A DNA stretch of 64,000 bases, taken from positions 39,676-103,675 of IMG/VR virus record IMGVR_UViG_3300037502_001322. One strand, 5' to 3'. Made by a program: the position numbers and the translations under genes. Origin of the DNA: a virus. How positions within the stretch are numbered: position 1 is the stretch's first letter; each line of letters opens with the position of its first letter. Of this stretch, positions 10,528 through 19,623 are shown piece by piece. The notes beneath the pieces are model-generated. The model was not told the origin of the DNA and did not search any database. It saw nothing but the letters and a program-made list of their open reading frames with translations.

Positions 10528-10590
10528 TTAATTAATTTCCTTTATTAACGTTAATATTAGTTTTTTGTTTGACAGGTTTAACCTAAACGA

Positions 10591-11721
10591 TTAAAGCCAT
10601 TCTTTCTGACCAAACTTAGCGGTGATTCGCTCAGCAAGGCTTGATTTCTTAATAGCGGTTTGGTCTTCTTCTTTAGATTCTTCAGCACCAACTTCCGCAC
10701 CCGGATTAGCAATAGCAAACTCTTCTTTTGCTTTATTCAGTTCTTCTTGAGCTTTCTGGAGCAGACCAACCAGAGTGTCCACAACGGGATTGTCAACGTT
10801 TTCCATCAGACCTTTAACCAGTTCATCTTTTTGTTCATCAGCAACAAAGGTCAGAGATTTGGTCAGGGATTGGAAGGACTTTTCCAGATTAGCTTTTTGA
10901 GCTTTTTCAAGTTCCTCAGCACGAGCTGCTTTCTTTTCCAGCTCTTCCATTCGCTTCAGAAGTTCCATATATTCAGCAGATTTGGTGACATCGGAAACAG
11001 GAGCTTCTGTTTTCTCTACTTCAACCTTTTCGGCATCAACTTGAACATCTGCTTTTTCAAGCTCTTGTTCTTGCTTAACTTCAGTTTCAGAACTCATTGA
11101 GTTATCATCCTCTTGTTTTTGAATTTCTTTCTTGGGTTTAGGTTTGTTTGAATAAGATTTAGGTTTCTTAGATTTTTCAATCTCTTCGATTGATTCTTGA
11201 ATCTTCAGACCTTGTTCAAACTTGATTTGAGTTTTAAGAATCTCAAGATATTCTTTAGGGTCAACACCATTAAAGTCTTTGAATGCTTCAAGAGATTTCA
11301 TAAGTTTGATATGAGAAACTTTTTCGTCCAGATATTCCCGATGTTGTTCAGGAGTATGTTCGTAGTGATTCTCTTCTTCATATTCTTCTTGTTCTTTCAG
11401 GTAATACTCAAACTCGGTTTCCATTCCAAGAAGGTGAGTCAGCTTTTCAGCATCACTCCAATAAAGACCAAAGAAACGAACAAGGAACTCTTCCATTGAA
11501 AGTTCGACAGTGACTTGAGACAAAGCTTTAAGAATATCAGCGTTAACCTCAATATCCTCTGACTTCATAAGCAGTGCAATATCTTTCCAACCATTAGCAC
11601 CATGACCTTGTGCTCGGTGGCACACAGCCAGATGGGAACCTTCGTGGTCAAAACTCACATCGGTGATTTCACTAAAATTCTCAAGGTCTTTAAGAATCTT
11701 ACCTTTATTTTTGATTGCCAT
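10591..11721 (-). CDS. Prohead scaffolding protein
   Basis: Glu/Lys-rich coiled coil between the protease and capsid genes. Confidence 0.75.
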   Translation of the reverse strand: MAIKNKGKILKDLENFSEITDVSFDHEGSHLAVCHRAQGHGANGWKDIALLMKSEDIEVNADILKALSQVTVELSMEEFLVRFFGLYWSDAEKLTHLLGMETEFEYYLKEQEEYEEENHYEHTPEQHREYLDEKVSHIKLMKSLEAFKDFNGVDPKEYLEILKTQIKFEQGLKIQESIEEIEKSKKPKSYSNKPKPKKEIQKQEDDNSMSSETEVKQEQELEKADVQVDAEKVEVEKTEAPVSDVTKSAEYMELLKRMEELEKKAARAEELEKAQKANLEKSFQSLTKSLTFVADEQKDELVKGLMENVDNPVVDTLVGLLQKAQEELNKAKEEFAIANPGAEVGAEESKEEDQTAIKKSSLAERITAKFGQKEWL

Positions 11722-11741
11722 TATTTATCCTCTTAACTTAG

Positions 11742-12497
11742 TTATTCTTTGTTATCCTGATTAACTTCAGCACGAGGTTTATGAACAATGCCTTTAGCTC
11801 CAATGCTTAAACCCCCAACCACACCAGCTTTGCGAAGCAACCACAGAGTTTTATCAAGATATTTAATCTCAGCAACCCAAGTTCCTTCTGAAACAGTGAT
11901 AGGGTTATCTTCAGTTCCAAAAGTCATTTCTTCATCAATCACATAAGTCTTAAGGATTTGAATCTGGTCTGGGGCATTCTGTAAATGGAATAGATTAGGT
12001 TGAACTATCCCTTTCTGGAGATTGTAGTTGAAGTTCTCACAAGCTTTAAGGATAGTTTCTTCACTCATCCATTCACCATGAGCATCAGGCTTGTAAGGTT
12101 CATAAACCACTTCAAGTGTTATCTGTTCTTCGTGGTTAACCGCTTTGAATAGATTTAAGTCAGAGGAAAAGCTATTAGATTTAGAATCTTTCTCGTGTTT
12201 GATTATTAAACTTTCATCTTGAGCAGATTGCTCTTGTGAACCATCTTTAATAGCACCGAAGTGATTATCTAAAAAGCTCTCAAACATTTTCAAAAGAGAA
12301 CCTTTATCATTAACCACTTCATTATCATTAGTGTTTATAACTTTTGTCTGTGCTTGTTCTATTTCTTTCTTCTTTAGAAGATTAAGATATTCAATAGATG
12401 AAAGTTTGTTATTAGGAGAATCCAACAAACCTCCATTAAATGTTATATTATTGATATTTATAACTATATCGCTTTTCAACTTTACTAAGTTTAACAT
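11742..12497 (-). CDS. Prohead protease, XkdF-like
   Basis: VVYEP..PDAHGEWMS.E.I.KAC..F, NLFH, GTWV, W...K.G...GLSIGA. Confidence 0.85.
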   Translation of the reverse strand: MLNLVKLKSDIVININNITFNGGLLDSPNNKLSSIEYLNLLKKKEIEQAQTKVINTNDNEVVNDKGSLLKMFESFLDNHFGAIKDGSQEQSAQDESLIIKHEKDSKSNSFSSDLNLFKAVNHEEQITLEVVYEPYKPDAHGEWMSEETILKACENFNYNLQKGIVQPNLFHLQNAPDQIQILKTYVIDEEMTFGTEDNPITVSEGTWVAEIKYLDKTLWLLRKAGVVGGLSIGAKGIVHKPRAEVNQDNKE

Positions 12498-12557
12498 AAT
12501 GGAAAAGTAAAATCAACAACTTATCAAATTGTCAACTAATTTTCCATTATTTTATTA

Positions 12558-14153
12558 TTAACTTTCTAAATTAGCGGCATCGTTATCTTGTCCAGAGTTA
12601 GCTGAACCCGTCCCTGACGGCAGACCCTCACTCATTCCATCACCAGAGCGTGATGTCTTTTCGGGAAGAATTGCATCAAGTTCTTCAGGACTCATATCAT
12701 CAGGAATGCGATATTTAAAGTCCAACCCTTCAAGAACTTCATTAATAAGTTCAGGAACACGGGGCAGGAAACCAACAGCAGCAACACGCTGAACAGCTTT
12801 AGATGTGTTATCGATATCCAAGTCATCCACAAGTCCGGGAAGAATCTTAGGCATATCTGAATCTTTAAGCTTAATTCCATTAAGTGCCAATAGTTGAGGA
12901 ATCAGTTCACGGTTAAAGACTTCAGCGTAGTACTCAATTTTATTCAGAATGATTTGACCATATAATCCTTTCTGCAAATCACCGAGAGCATATGAGCCAC
13001 CTGAACCATTCTGGCCCAGCATAATAAAGCCAGCTCCAAAGCAGTTAAGAATAGCCTTGTGGCGTTGCTCAATCAATTGTGTGGTGTCGAACTGCTTGCC
13101 TGCACCTTCTACGCCCAAGAACTTAATCTCGTACTCTTTAGCGGTTGTAGAGCCTTCCTGAACGTCTGAAGGGAGCATCATATAGGCTTGTTCACCAGCG
13201 TGAAGGTTAGCCACATTCTGTTGCAGCTTCATCAAAGACTTGGCTTCAGGGCCATTAGGATTAGTCACAGCAGCATCGAAGATAGCTTTAGGTGCATGAA
13301 TAACAGGAACACCAGACATATCTTTAGAAACACCAACAACTTCCAAGTCCTCAATAAGGACAATCTCACGCCAAGGTTTATAGGCACCAACTAAAGAGGA
13401 ACGACCTAAAGGATTACCATTAGTTGAACCGGGAGCAAACAGAAGGAACTTATTTCGAGGAATAAAAATGTCTGTGGGATTCTCCACTTGAGTTTCAAAG
13501 AAAAGATTTGACAAAGCATTCAGATTCTTAGTAGACTGGCGACAGCCTAAAATAGTGCGTGTGTCATCATCAAACTTAAAAGGCTTAGTTTCAGATAAAC
13601 TCTTTTGTGCCCTTGGTGACAATCGTTTCAGCTTATAAGGAAACTCAGGATATTCACCAGAAACATTAGCTTCATAAGCTTTAACCAGAATAGAGAATCC
13701 ATATTTCTCCGCAGTCTGAGCTTCGCGAACAGCCGCTCTCATTGATGTTTCCATATTATTGAGACACCAACTAACAAACTCTGTTGCTTTCTTTGACTCT
13801 TCAGACTCAGGATTACCAACGACTTTATATTGACTGAAAGCTTTTTCAATCATAACACGTTGAACTTCAAGAGCAACCCATACTGAAGGGTGGTAGTGCA
13901 TAGCATCGAAGGTTTTAAGACATTGGGGCCAACGAAGGTCAGCCTTCATTTCTTCATTAACAATATCGTTAACAGCTTTGAGACCAAGATACCCAATGTC
14001 ACCAATACGCAAACGAGAGGTTGCTACGCTCATGCTGTTAAGTTTTTCAATTTGACGCTTTACTTCTCGTTGTTGCTTCTCTTCTTCGGATAGAGGCGGT
14101 CTCCCACGCCCCCGTTTCTTGGTTGTTTTATTAACTTCGGTTTCGGAATTCAT
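12558..14153 (-). CDS. Portal protein
   Basis: 531 aa; YGFS..K, GNPLGRS.L..Y.PW, EVVGVSKDMSG.P; follows terminase. Confidence 0.9.
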   Translation of the reverse strand: MNSETEVNKTTKKRGRGRPPLSEEEKQQREVKRQIEKLNSMSVATSRLRIGDIGYLGLKAVNDIVNEEMKADLRWPQCLKTFDAMHYHPSVWVALEVQRVMIEKAFSQYKVVGNPESEESKKATEFVSWCLNNMETSMRAAVREAQTAEKYGFSILVKAYEANVSGEYPEFPYKLKRLSPRAQKSLSETKPFKFDDDTRTILGCRQSTKNLNALSNLFFETQVENPTDIFIPRNKFLLFAPGSTNGNPLGRSSLVGAYKPWREIVLIEDLEVVGVSKDMSGVPVIHAPKAIFDAAVTNPNGPEAKSLMKLQQNVANLHAGEQAYMMLPSDVQEGSTTAKEYEIKFLGVEGAGKQFDTTQLIEQRHKAILNCFGAGFIMLGQNGSGGSYALGDLQKGLYGQIILNKIEYYAEVFNRELIPQLLALNGIKLKDSDMPKILPGLVDDLDIDNTSKAVQRVAAVGFLPRVPELINEVLEGLDFKYRIPDDMSPEELDAILPEKTSRSGDGMSEGLPSGTGSANSGQDNDAANLES

Positions 14154-14247
14154 TGAGTTTTACTCTCCGTTTGATATAATGGTTTTCAGATACGGTTGTT
14201 TGGGTATCAGAATTTACTGACTTTGTTGGACAACTATAATCAGGTTA

Positions 14248-16276
14248 TTAGAAGCTGCTCAACTTTGTCGGGCAGCTATAATCCGGAATAGCTAAGGCAG
14301 TGTGAACTTTAGATGCTGCAAGGAAGTTGAATGCTGAAGCCACAGCATCGGCCCAGTCATCGTGACGATGTGTTGAAGATCTTTCACCATCGAATGCTTC
14401 CAATTCTTTCATTAAGGCTTCATAGGTTTTAGGAGAAAATGTAGATTTAACTATTCTAACAAAACCTTGTTCTGCTGCACTTGCGAACGGTTCAAATCTC
14501 TTAAGTTTGGATTTGTTACCGGGGGTTGGGTCTTTCTTTACTGTATAACCTGTCTCTATTAAAGGTTTAGCAGAATTCTGAAACTCAGATAATCCAGAAG
14601 CACCGGGATCTACAGGAAACACTACAACAGTGTCTGAACCATCATATTCAGCTTGCTTCCTAATAGTGACATCCCTTTCCCCTACTGATTTGCAGAATCT
14701 ACCTCCTGTTTCAGTAACATCGTCATAATTGTCTGGGTGATGGTCGCCTGTAATATAATAGAAACCATCCCGGCATTTATACATCTTACAAGAAGCTGTG
14801 AAGTCTGGGTTTTTATAAGAGACTGTTCGTTCTTTGCCAGCTTTATCCCATGCCCTTACTGATTTACAATGAAGAGGAACTTTATCTACTTCTTTAAGAA
14901 ATTCTCGTTTGAAATATTTAGCACCTTTAGGTCTTGCATCCCAATTACCAAAAAGCAACTGAGCTTTATCTACTGGGTTAAGACCTTCAAGAAATGCAAG
15001 ATAATCAGGATTGCTTTCAAGCATTGGAGGATTATCATATATAAGAGCAGAAATAAACTGAAAGGATATAGGTCGGACATTATCACCGAATTTCTCTTTC
15101 AATTCTTCCGAAGAGTTACCCCAGAAAAACTCGCCATCTCTTGTTATAAACCATCTAACCTTTCCATCACGTTCTGGGTCAGGGAACCCTTCATCATCCA
15201 GATACCAATCAATCAGTTCTCGTATTTTATGATCTGGATCCGGGTTACAAGTTATAACCATGCGTGAAGGGTATTTAGAGTTGGACCTCAAGCGAGACAT
15301 CATATATTCTACATTGTGTTCATGAGTGGGCGCTACACCACTCACCGGGATAGACCCAGCTACATGTTTCCATATAGATCAGACTATATCATCACCTTCA
15401 GCACTATCTGTTCAGGTGTCGTGCGCTTCGAGTGTCAATCGCTTACACTCTACTCCCTTTCGGGATAGTCGTTGAACGTTCTTCTTAAATTAAGAAGCTT
15501 CGCTGCTGATTGCCTTCGTTTATCAACGTTAAGGTTTTCCAGCAATTCACACGATTTTCAATAACACATTTCTGTATTATGCAGCTAGTTTTAACTGAGA
15601 CCACTCAAACTGAGTACCTTCATCTACACCTATCAATGAAAACTGGGCACCTTGTATGTTATACTTATCAGACTCCCTCTCCATATGACTAAACTTTTGT
15701 TTAGCCCCAGATGGCCATATAAACTCAAGAGCTTTTTCTCTAGCTCTTGGTCTTTGGTTTAGAGGTAACTGCATATAAATACTTTTAGCTGTATCCCATA
15801 TCCCTCCTCCAGATGTAATTTGAGGTGTTGTCCTGCGAAACATTATAATGTTAGTGTTAGGGTCATCTACTATAAAAAGAGGTAAAAGTTGTAGCAAGTA
15901 GGATTTACCTGACAGATGTTCAGATTGAGTCGTTAATTCAACCCCGCACCTTTATGTGCTGCTATGCATTTCTGCACAGTTCAGACTATATCATCAACCT
16001 AAACTGAGGTTGCCTCCCGTTTCGAATTCACTTGAACCCTACACCTTACGGTTAGTCGTTGAACCTTCTTCTCATAGAGAAGCTTGGCTGCTGATCGGCT
16101 TAGCTTAAGTTATTAAACCTTAGCGTTCCAGCAATTAAAGAGGTTATTCAATCAGTGTCACCACTGAAGGCGGCCCGTTAACCGGCGGCACCACCTGCTA
16201 CAAGTATTTGTGCTGTAGAATTAAGAATCATTTCCTGCTTCTTGGAAGCAGGGGCAAATAAAGGTTGATTACTCAT
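14248..16276 (-). CDS. terL: Terminase large subunit, spliced: exons 16276-16181, 15912-15594, 15311-14248 (492 aa)
   Basis: Splicing rebuilds Walker A GGAAG|SGKS and IGVDEGTQFEWSQ-L-EYMMSRLRS..TCNP; nuclease motifs RAWD, D.TA, HDD.AD. Confidence 0.93.
15312..15593 (-). ncRNA. Group I intron (IA-type, ORF-less, 282 nt), terL intron 2
   Basis: P1 CAGU|..GCUG with U.G pair; P/Q/R/S elements; P3 UCGUGUG/CGCACGA; ends in G; junction T|TA makes Leu and restores frame. Confidence 0.92.
15913..16180 (-). ncRNA. Group I intron (IA-type, ORF-less, 268 nt), terL intron 1
   Basis: P1 CGGU|..GCCG with U.G pair; AAUUGCUGGAA, GAUCAGCAG, GGUUCAACGACUA, GAUAUAGUC; inserted inside Walker A. Confidence 0.92.
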
Positions 16277-16435
16277 CAAACCTCTCTAATAAATTGTCAA
16301 AAGTTTCTTCTGAATCAAAACCAATCAAAACAGAGCCTCCTAAGTTTCTTCTTATCAACTTTTCAGTTAAACCTAAGAATATTTCAAATTATTCTAAATA
16401 ATTTCATTAAAATATAATTTAACTTTCTAATAAAT

Positions 16436-16464
16436 ATTATATCAGCAAAACCTTTCAAAATCAA
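16436..16464 (-). promoter_or_regulatory. sigma70-type promoter upstream of terL
   Basis: TTGATT-17-TATAAT. Confidence 0.6.
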
Positions 16465-16574
16465 CCTTTAACAAGAATCATTAACATCTTCTTTCCATTA
16501 TCTTACCTATTAATTTCAGATAAAATAAAAGCACCAACCCGTTAAGGAAGGTGCTTCTTATCAACATATCTTAC

Positions 16575-16856
16575 TTATTTCTTATTAAGTTCACGAACAA
16601 TTCGTTCAAACTGTTCGTTATTAACCCAAACAACCTTATCTTGGTTGTTATCAAGACCTTTAAGCTTAACCAATTTAATTGGTCGAGCGAAGTACATCAC
16701 CACAAGAATGAAACAGACTGGCCATACCAAAAGAGTCCACAAAAGATACCAACCCCAATGTGAACCATTGTTCTCTTCACTAATCACTTCATAGCTCTCG
16801 TATGAACTAAGAACCAGATCTTCAGCTTTAACAACTTCGCGCTTTTTGAAAAACAT
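16575..16856 (-). CDS. Small membrane protein
   Basis: SD AAGGAG; one TM segment. Confidence 0.65.
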   Translation of the reverse strand: MFFKKREVVKAEDLVLSSYESYEVISEENNGSHWGWYLLWTLLVWPVCFILVVMYFARPIKLVKLKGLDNNQDKVVWVNNEQFERIVRELNKK

Positions 16857-16919
16857 AATTTATTCTCCTTTGTTTATTTGACTTCTATTTAATCCACTAA
16901 CACTTAATCTTCAATAATC

Positions 16920-17198
16920 TTAACAGCTCTTGAATCGATTTACAACCACTACTTTCACTATTTTCTTATGATATTTATCTTTATAAGTGCAAGTCTTAGT
17001 TGTTCCTTGTGTCTCAATATAAACCTTTCCATCCTTCAACTGCTTACTTGAAGTTGATTTAGCTTGTGCTTCAGAGCTAAACGCTGTTGCTATCAGTAAC
17101 AATGATAGCAGAACAATAACCAACTGCAAAGCCCTTTTTACTCTTGGTGTTAGAACATATGTAACTTTTCTTTTATCATAAACCTTATGACCTTTCAT
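16920..17198 (-). CDS. Secreted/membrane hypothetical protein
   Basis: SD AGGAG; hydrophobic segment ending in AQA. Confidence 0.6.
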   Translation of the reverse strand: MKGHKVYDKRKVTYVLTPRVKRALQLVIVLLSLLLIATAFSSEAQAKSTSSKQLKDGKVYIETQGTTKTCTYKDKYHKKIVKVVVVNRFKSC

Positions 17199-17214
17199 GA
17201 GTGTCTCCTATATT

Positions 17215-17397
17215 TTACTTTGCAATAGCTTCCTTAACTATGCGGTAAATGCAGTATACCCCAAACCCATACCAAAACCACTCAGAAGTTAACATCTCTG
17301 CTATATAGTAAAGATAGCTAACCGGTTCACTGAAGTCTATAATATTGACGTCTTCAACCATATCTTGGAATAGCTTAACAAGTTTTTCTTCTATCAT
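17215..17397 (-). CDS. Small membrane protein
   Basis: SD AAGGAG; C-terminal TM segment. Confidence 0.55.
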   Translation of the reverse strand: MIEEKLVKLFQDMVEDVNIIDFSEPVSYLYYIAEMLTSEWFWYGFGVYCIYRIVKEAIAK

Positions 17398-17427
17398 GTC
17401 AGGTTCTCCTTTTGTCTAACTGGACTA

Positions 17428-17456
17428 ATTATAGAACATTGCCAAGAGACTGTCAA
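17428..17456 (-). promoter_or_regulatory. Consensus sigma70 promoter
   Basis: TTGACA-17-TATAAT. Confidence 0.8.
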
Positions 17457-17496
17457 CACTTAAAACGCTATTTTGATAAATTTAGTGAATTTCAGG

Positions 17497-17524
17497 CAAA
17501 AGAAAACCCGGCACTGAGGCCGGG
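17497..17524 (-). terminator. Intrinsic terminator
   Basis: CCCGGC-loop-GCCGGG followed by TTTTCTTTT. Confidence 0.8.
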
Positions 17525-17788
17525 CGAATAAACATAGGAGAATGTTATGAATGTAAGATATAAGAGATTTAGATAAAGATTTAGATAAAGATTTATATGA
17601 AGATAATCATCAGCATTGCACTGACTTGTTGAGAATGATGATTGTTATTATGAGAGAGGTTTATTATTATTATTTATTATCTTAAATAACTTAAACACAT
17701 TTCAGTTAGTGTAGAGGTAGCGAACCAACTAACCGGAGTAAGTGCGACTCCCACCGTAACATAACGGTCCACGGTGAATTCTTTTATA

Positions 17789-17864
17789 TGGTGCAGGCAA
17801 AAGGCCTCGAACCCTTGACATCCACATTACAAGTGTGGCGCTCTACCGACTGAGCTATACCTGC
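17789..17864 (-). tRNA. tRNA-Thr(UGU)
   Basis: Full cloverleaf, anticodon loop CT-TGT-AA, GGTTCGA T-arm, encoded CCA. Confidence 0.92.
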
Positions 17865-17938
17865 TTATCTATTTTAGATATCGTTGAATCTATATCAACT
17901 AACGTTGGATTTTACAGCTAACGCTGAATCTGTACCAA

Positions 17939-18253
17939 CTAACGTTGGATAGCAACTTTAGAAATCAAAGGAATAGATTCATTAAGAGCAGGAGTTTCAG
18001 AATCTTCTTCCTCTTGCATCATCTCTTCCAGAATCTTATTTCCACGTTCAATGATAAACTTGAATGCTTGTTGTCGTGTGGCGTGTGTTGCATCTTTATC
18101 TGTCATCAAATCAACCATTCCTTGAATGGCATTAAGATAATGAGCAACAATCATTTCATCACCTTGAAGAATAGCTTCCTGAGCTTGACGTTCAAGAGAC
18201 TCTACTCGTGAAGGACGTCCACGGCCTTTCTTTTTCTTTGTGTAAATTCCCAT
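17939..18253 (-). CDS. Putative terminase small subunit
   Basis: 104-aa helical protein with basic GRGRPS N-terminus, upstream of terL; positional inference. Confidence 0.45.
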   Translation of the reverse strand: MGIYTKKKKGRGRPSRVESLERQAQEAILQGDEMIVAHYLNAIQGMVDLMTDKDATHATRQQAFKFIIERGNKILEEMMQEEEDSETPALNESIPLISKVAIQR

Positions 18254-18531
18254 AAAGACTTAAACCTTTAATTTTAATTATAAACTCTAACTGAATAAAG
18301 TTTATCATAAATAAAGTTTAAAATCAATATTTTAGAATTAGGAAAGAATGTTGTTGGAAGTTTCTTTACAACTCCTCGCATACCGAGGGACCTATTACTT
18401 GAGACCTACATTGCCGCTTTTCTTCTTAGTAACGGTTGCATCTTCAAAACCACTTAGCAGTGCACAGACTTGACAACATTCTTTATTAAATATTAAGATA
18501 TTAAGTAGGTATAATATCTTTTTGAATTATT

Positions 18532-18617
18532 TGGTGGCTCGTGAGAGATTCCAACTCTCAATCCCATAGGGCGTTTGGGCTTAAACCAAATGTGTATCGC
18601 AGTTCCACCAACGAGCC
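18532..18617 (-). tRNA. tRNA-Leu(UAA) with C19-G56 swap
   Basis: Cloverleaf with long variable arm, anticodon TAA, encoded CCA; T-loop TTGGAAT. Confidence 0.88.
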
Positions 18618-18633
18618 GATAATCTTTTACAGT

Positions 18634-18710
18634 TGGTCCACCACGCAGGACTCGAACCTTCAACTGTCCGCTTAGAAGGCGGATGCTCTATCCTATTGAA
18701 CTAGTGGTGG
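18634..18710 (-). tRNA. tRNA-Arg(UCU)
   Basis: Cloverleaf, anticodon TCT, encoded CCA; one T-stem mismatch. Confidence 0.9.
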
Positions 18711-18721
18711 TAATAAAACTT

Positions 18722-18749
18722 ATTATACAGAAATCCTTTTCAATGTCAA
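18722..18749 (-). promoter_or_regulatory. tRNA operon promoter
   Basis: TTGACA-16-TATAAT directly upstream of tRNA-Arg. Confidence 0.75.
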
Positions 18750-18758
18750 CATCCTATA

Positions 18759-18926
18759 TTATTTATTTTCTTCTTTGCTTGCCTCAATAGCACGACCTTG
18801 TTCAAGAGCTTTCTTTCTTGCACGTTCTATTGATTCTTTATTTCCTTGCTCGAAAATGTAACAAAATCCCTCAGGCCCCCATTTGAATCCGGGTTTGCCA
18901 TCTTTCTGACAATTTTGAATTGGCAT
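18759..18926 (-). CDS. Conserved small phage protein (55 aa; not in ORF track)
   Basis: MPIQNCQKDGKPGFKWGPEGFCY..A.KKA..QG.AI; SD GGAGG; TAATG overlap with the upstream gene. Confidence 0.7.
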   Translation of the reverse strand: MPIQNCQKDGKPGFKWGPEGFCYIFEQGNKESIERARKKALEQGRAIEASKEENK

Positions 18927-19123
18927 TATTTGTCCTCCTCTTTTTCGTAATAACCTGTTTCCATTCTAACCTTCTCCTGTAAAGATTTCAATACTTCAAA
19001 CATTTCTTCTTTAGTCATTTCTTTAGTTAATGTAGAACCTAAATCTGTTTTAGATTGTCCTCGGCTAAGAAGAACTTCATCCATTCGTTGTTTGTAGTCT
19101 TCCCATTCTTCAAGCATTTGCAA
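18926..19123 (-). CDS. Hypothetical protein
   Basis: Part of a tightly coupled ORF run. Confidence 0.55.
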   Translation of the reverse strand: MQMLEEWEDYKQRMDEVLLSRGQSKTDLGSTLTKEMTKEEMFEVLKSLQEKVRMETGYYEKEEDK

Positions 19124-19307
19124 CGCCTACTGTATAAGTATCTCCATTAAATTCAATAGAACCTTTTACAAAAACTTTAACAGGAAGTTTACTTACATTC
19201 GTTTTAAAAGTTCTAACTTCTTTTGTTCCGCTTAAAATAACTTCCATAAGCTCGTGAGGCTTAGCTTTAATAATTTCTTTGAATCTTTTGCTTGTGTAAG
19301 GTTTCAT
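19110..19307 (-). CDS. Hypothetical protein
   Basis: SD AAGGA; coupled ORF run. Confidence 0.55.
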   Translation of the reverse strand: MKPYTSKRFKEIIKAKPHELMEVILSGTKEVRTFKTNVSKLPVKVFVKGSIEFNGDTYTVGVANA

Positions 19308-19315
19308 AATATTCC

Positions 19316-19558
19316 TTATTTATTCTTGTTAACACCAAACTTAGTTTTCTTGCTGCGACCGAGAAGTTCAAGCAGACTTGCAACAATCAACACCCCGAAC
19401 ATAAATCCAATAACTACCAAGAGAGGTCCATACAGTGGTAGCGAAACAATCCACCAGCTCCAAGTGATATGACCTGTCAATTTCAGTGTCATAAAAATCA
19501 GAAACATTGCTAAAAAGAACCAAGAGCCTGCGCTATTTGTTTGTTTAACTTTAACCAT
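19316..19558 (-). CDS. Small two-TM membrane protein
   Basis: LKLTGHITWSWW.V..P motif common in phage membrane proteins. Confidence 0.7.
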   Translation of the reverse strand: MVKVKQTNSAGSWFFLAMFLIFMTLKLTGHITWSWWIVSLPLYGPLLVVIGFMFGVLIVASLLELLGRSKKTKFGVNKNK

Positions 19559-19623
19559 TATATTTATTCTCCTATAGGTTTAGATGTGACCTTATAATAC
19601 GTATATAGCAATACTCTGTAAAA

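Noticed and set aside
15312-15345. Track N-terminus MSGVAPTHEHN of the 365-aa ORF
   Set aside because: It lies inside the 3' end (P9 region) of terL intron 2.
14248-16276. terL and capsid fragments as pseudogenes, inteins or stop-codon recoding
   Set aside because: Group I intron cores and exact frame restoration explain the breaks; TAA, TAG and TGA all end normal genes in this window.
17565-17595. GATTTAGATAAA short tandem repeat (a similar GTTCAAACACT repeat lies near 54509-54536)
   Set aside because: Two to three copies in AT-rich spacers, consistent with simple slippage.
18343-18484. Twister ribozyme assignment based on GGTCTCAAG
   Set aside because: The required P4 stem and pseudoknots could not be built; kept only as an unassigned ncRNA candidate.
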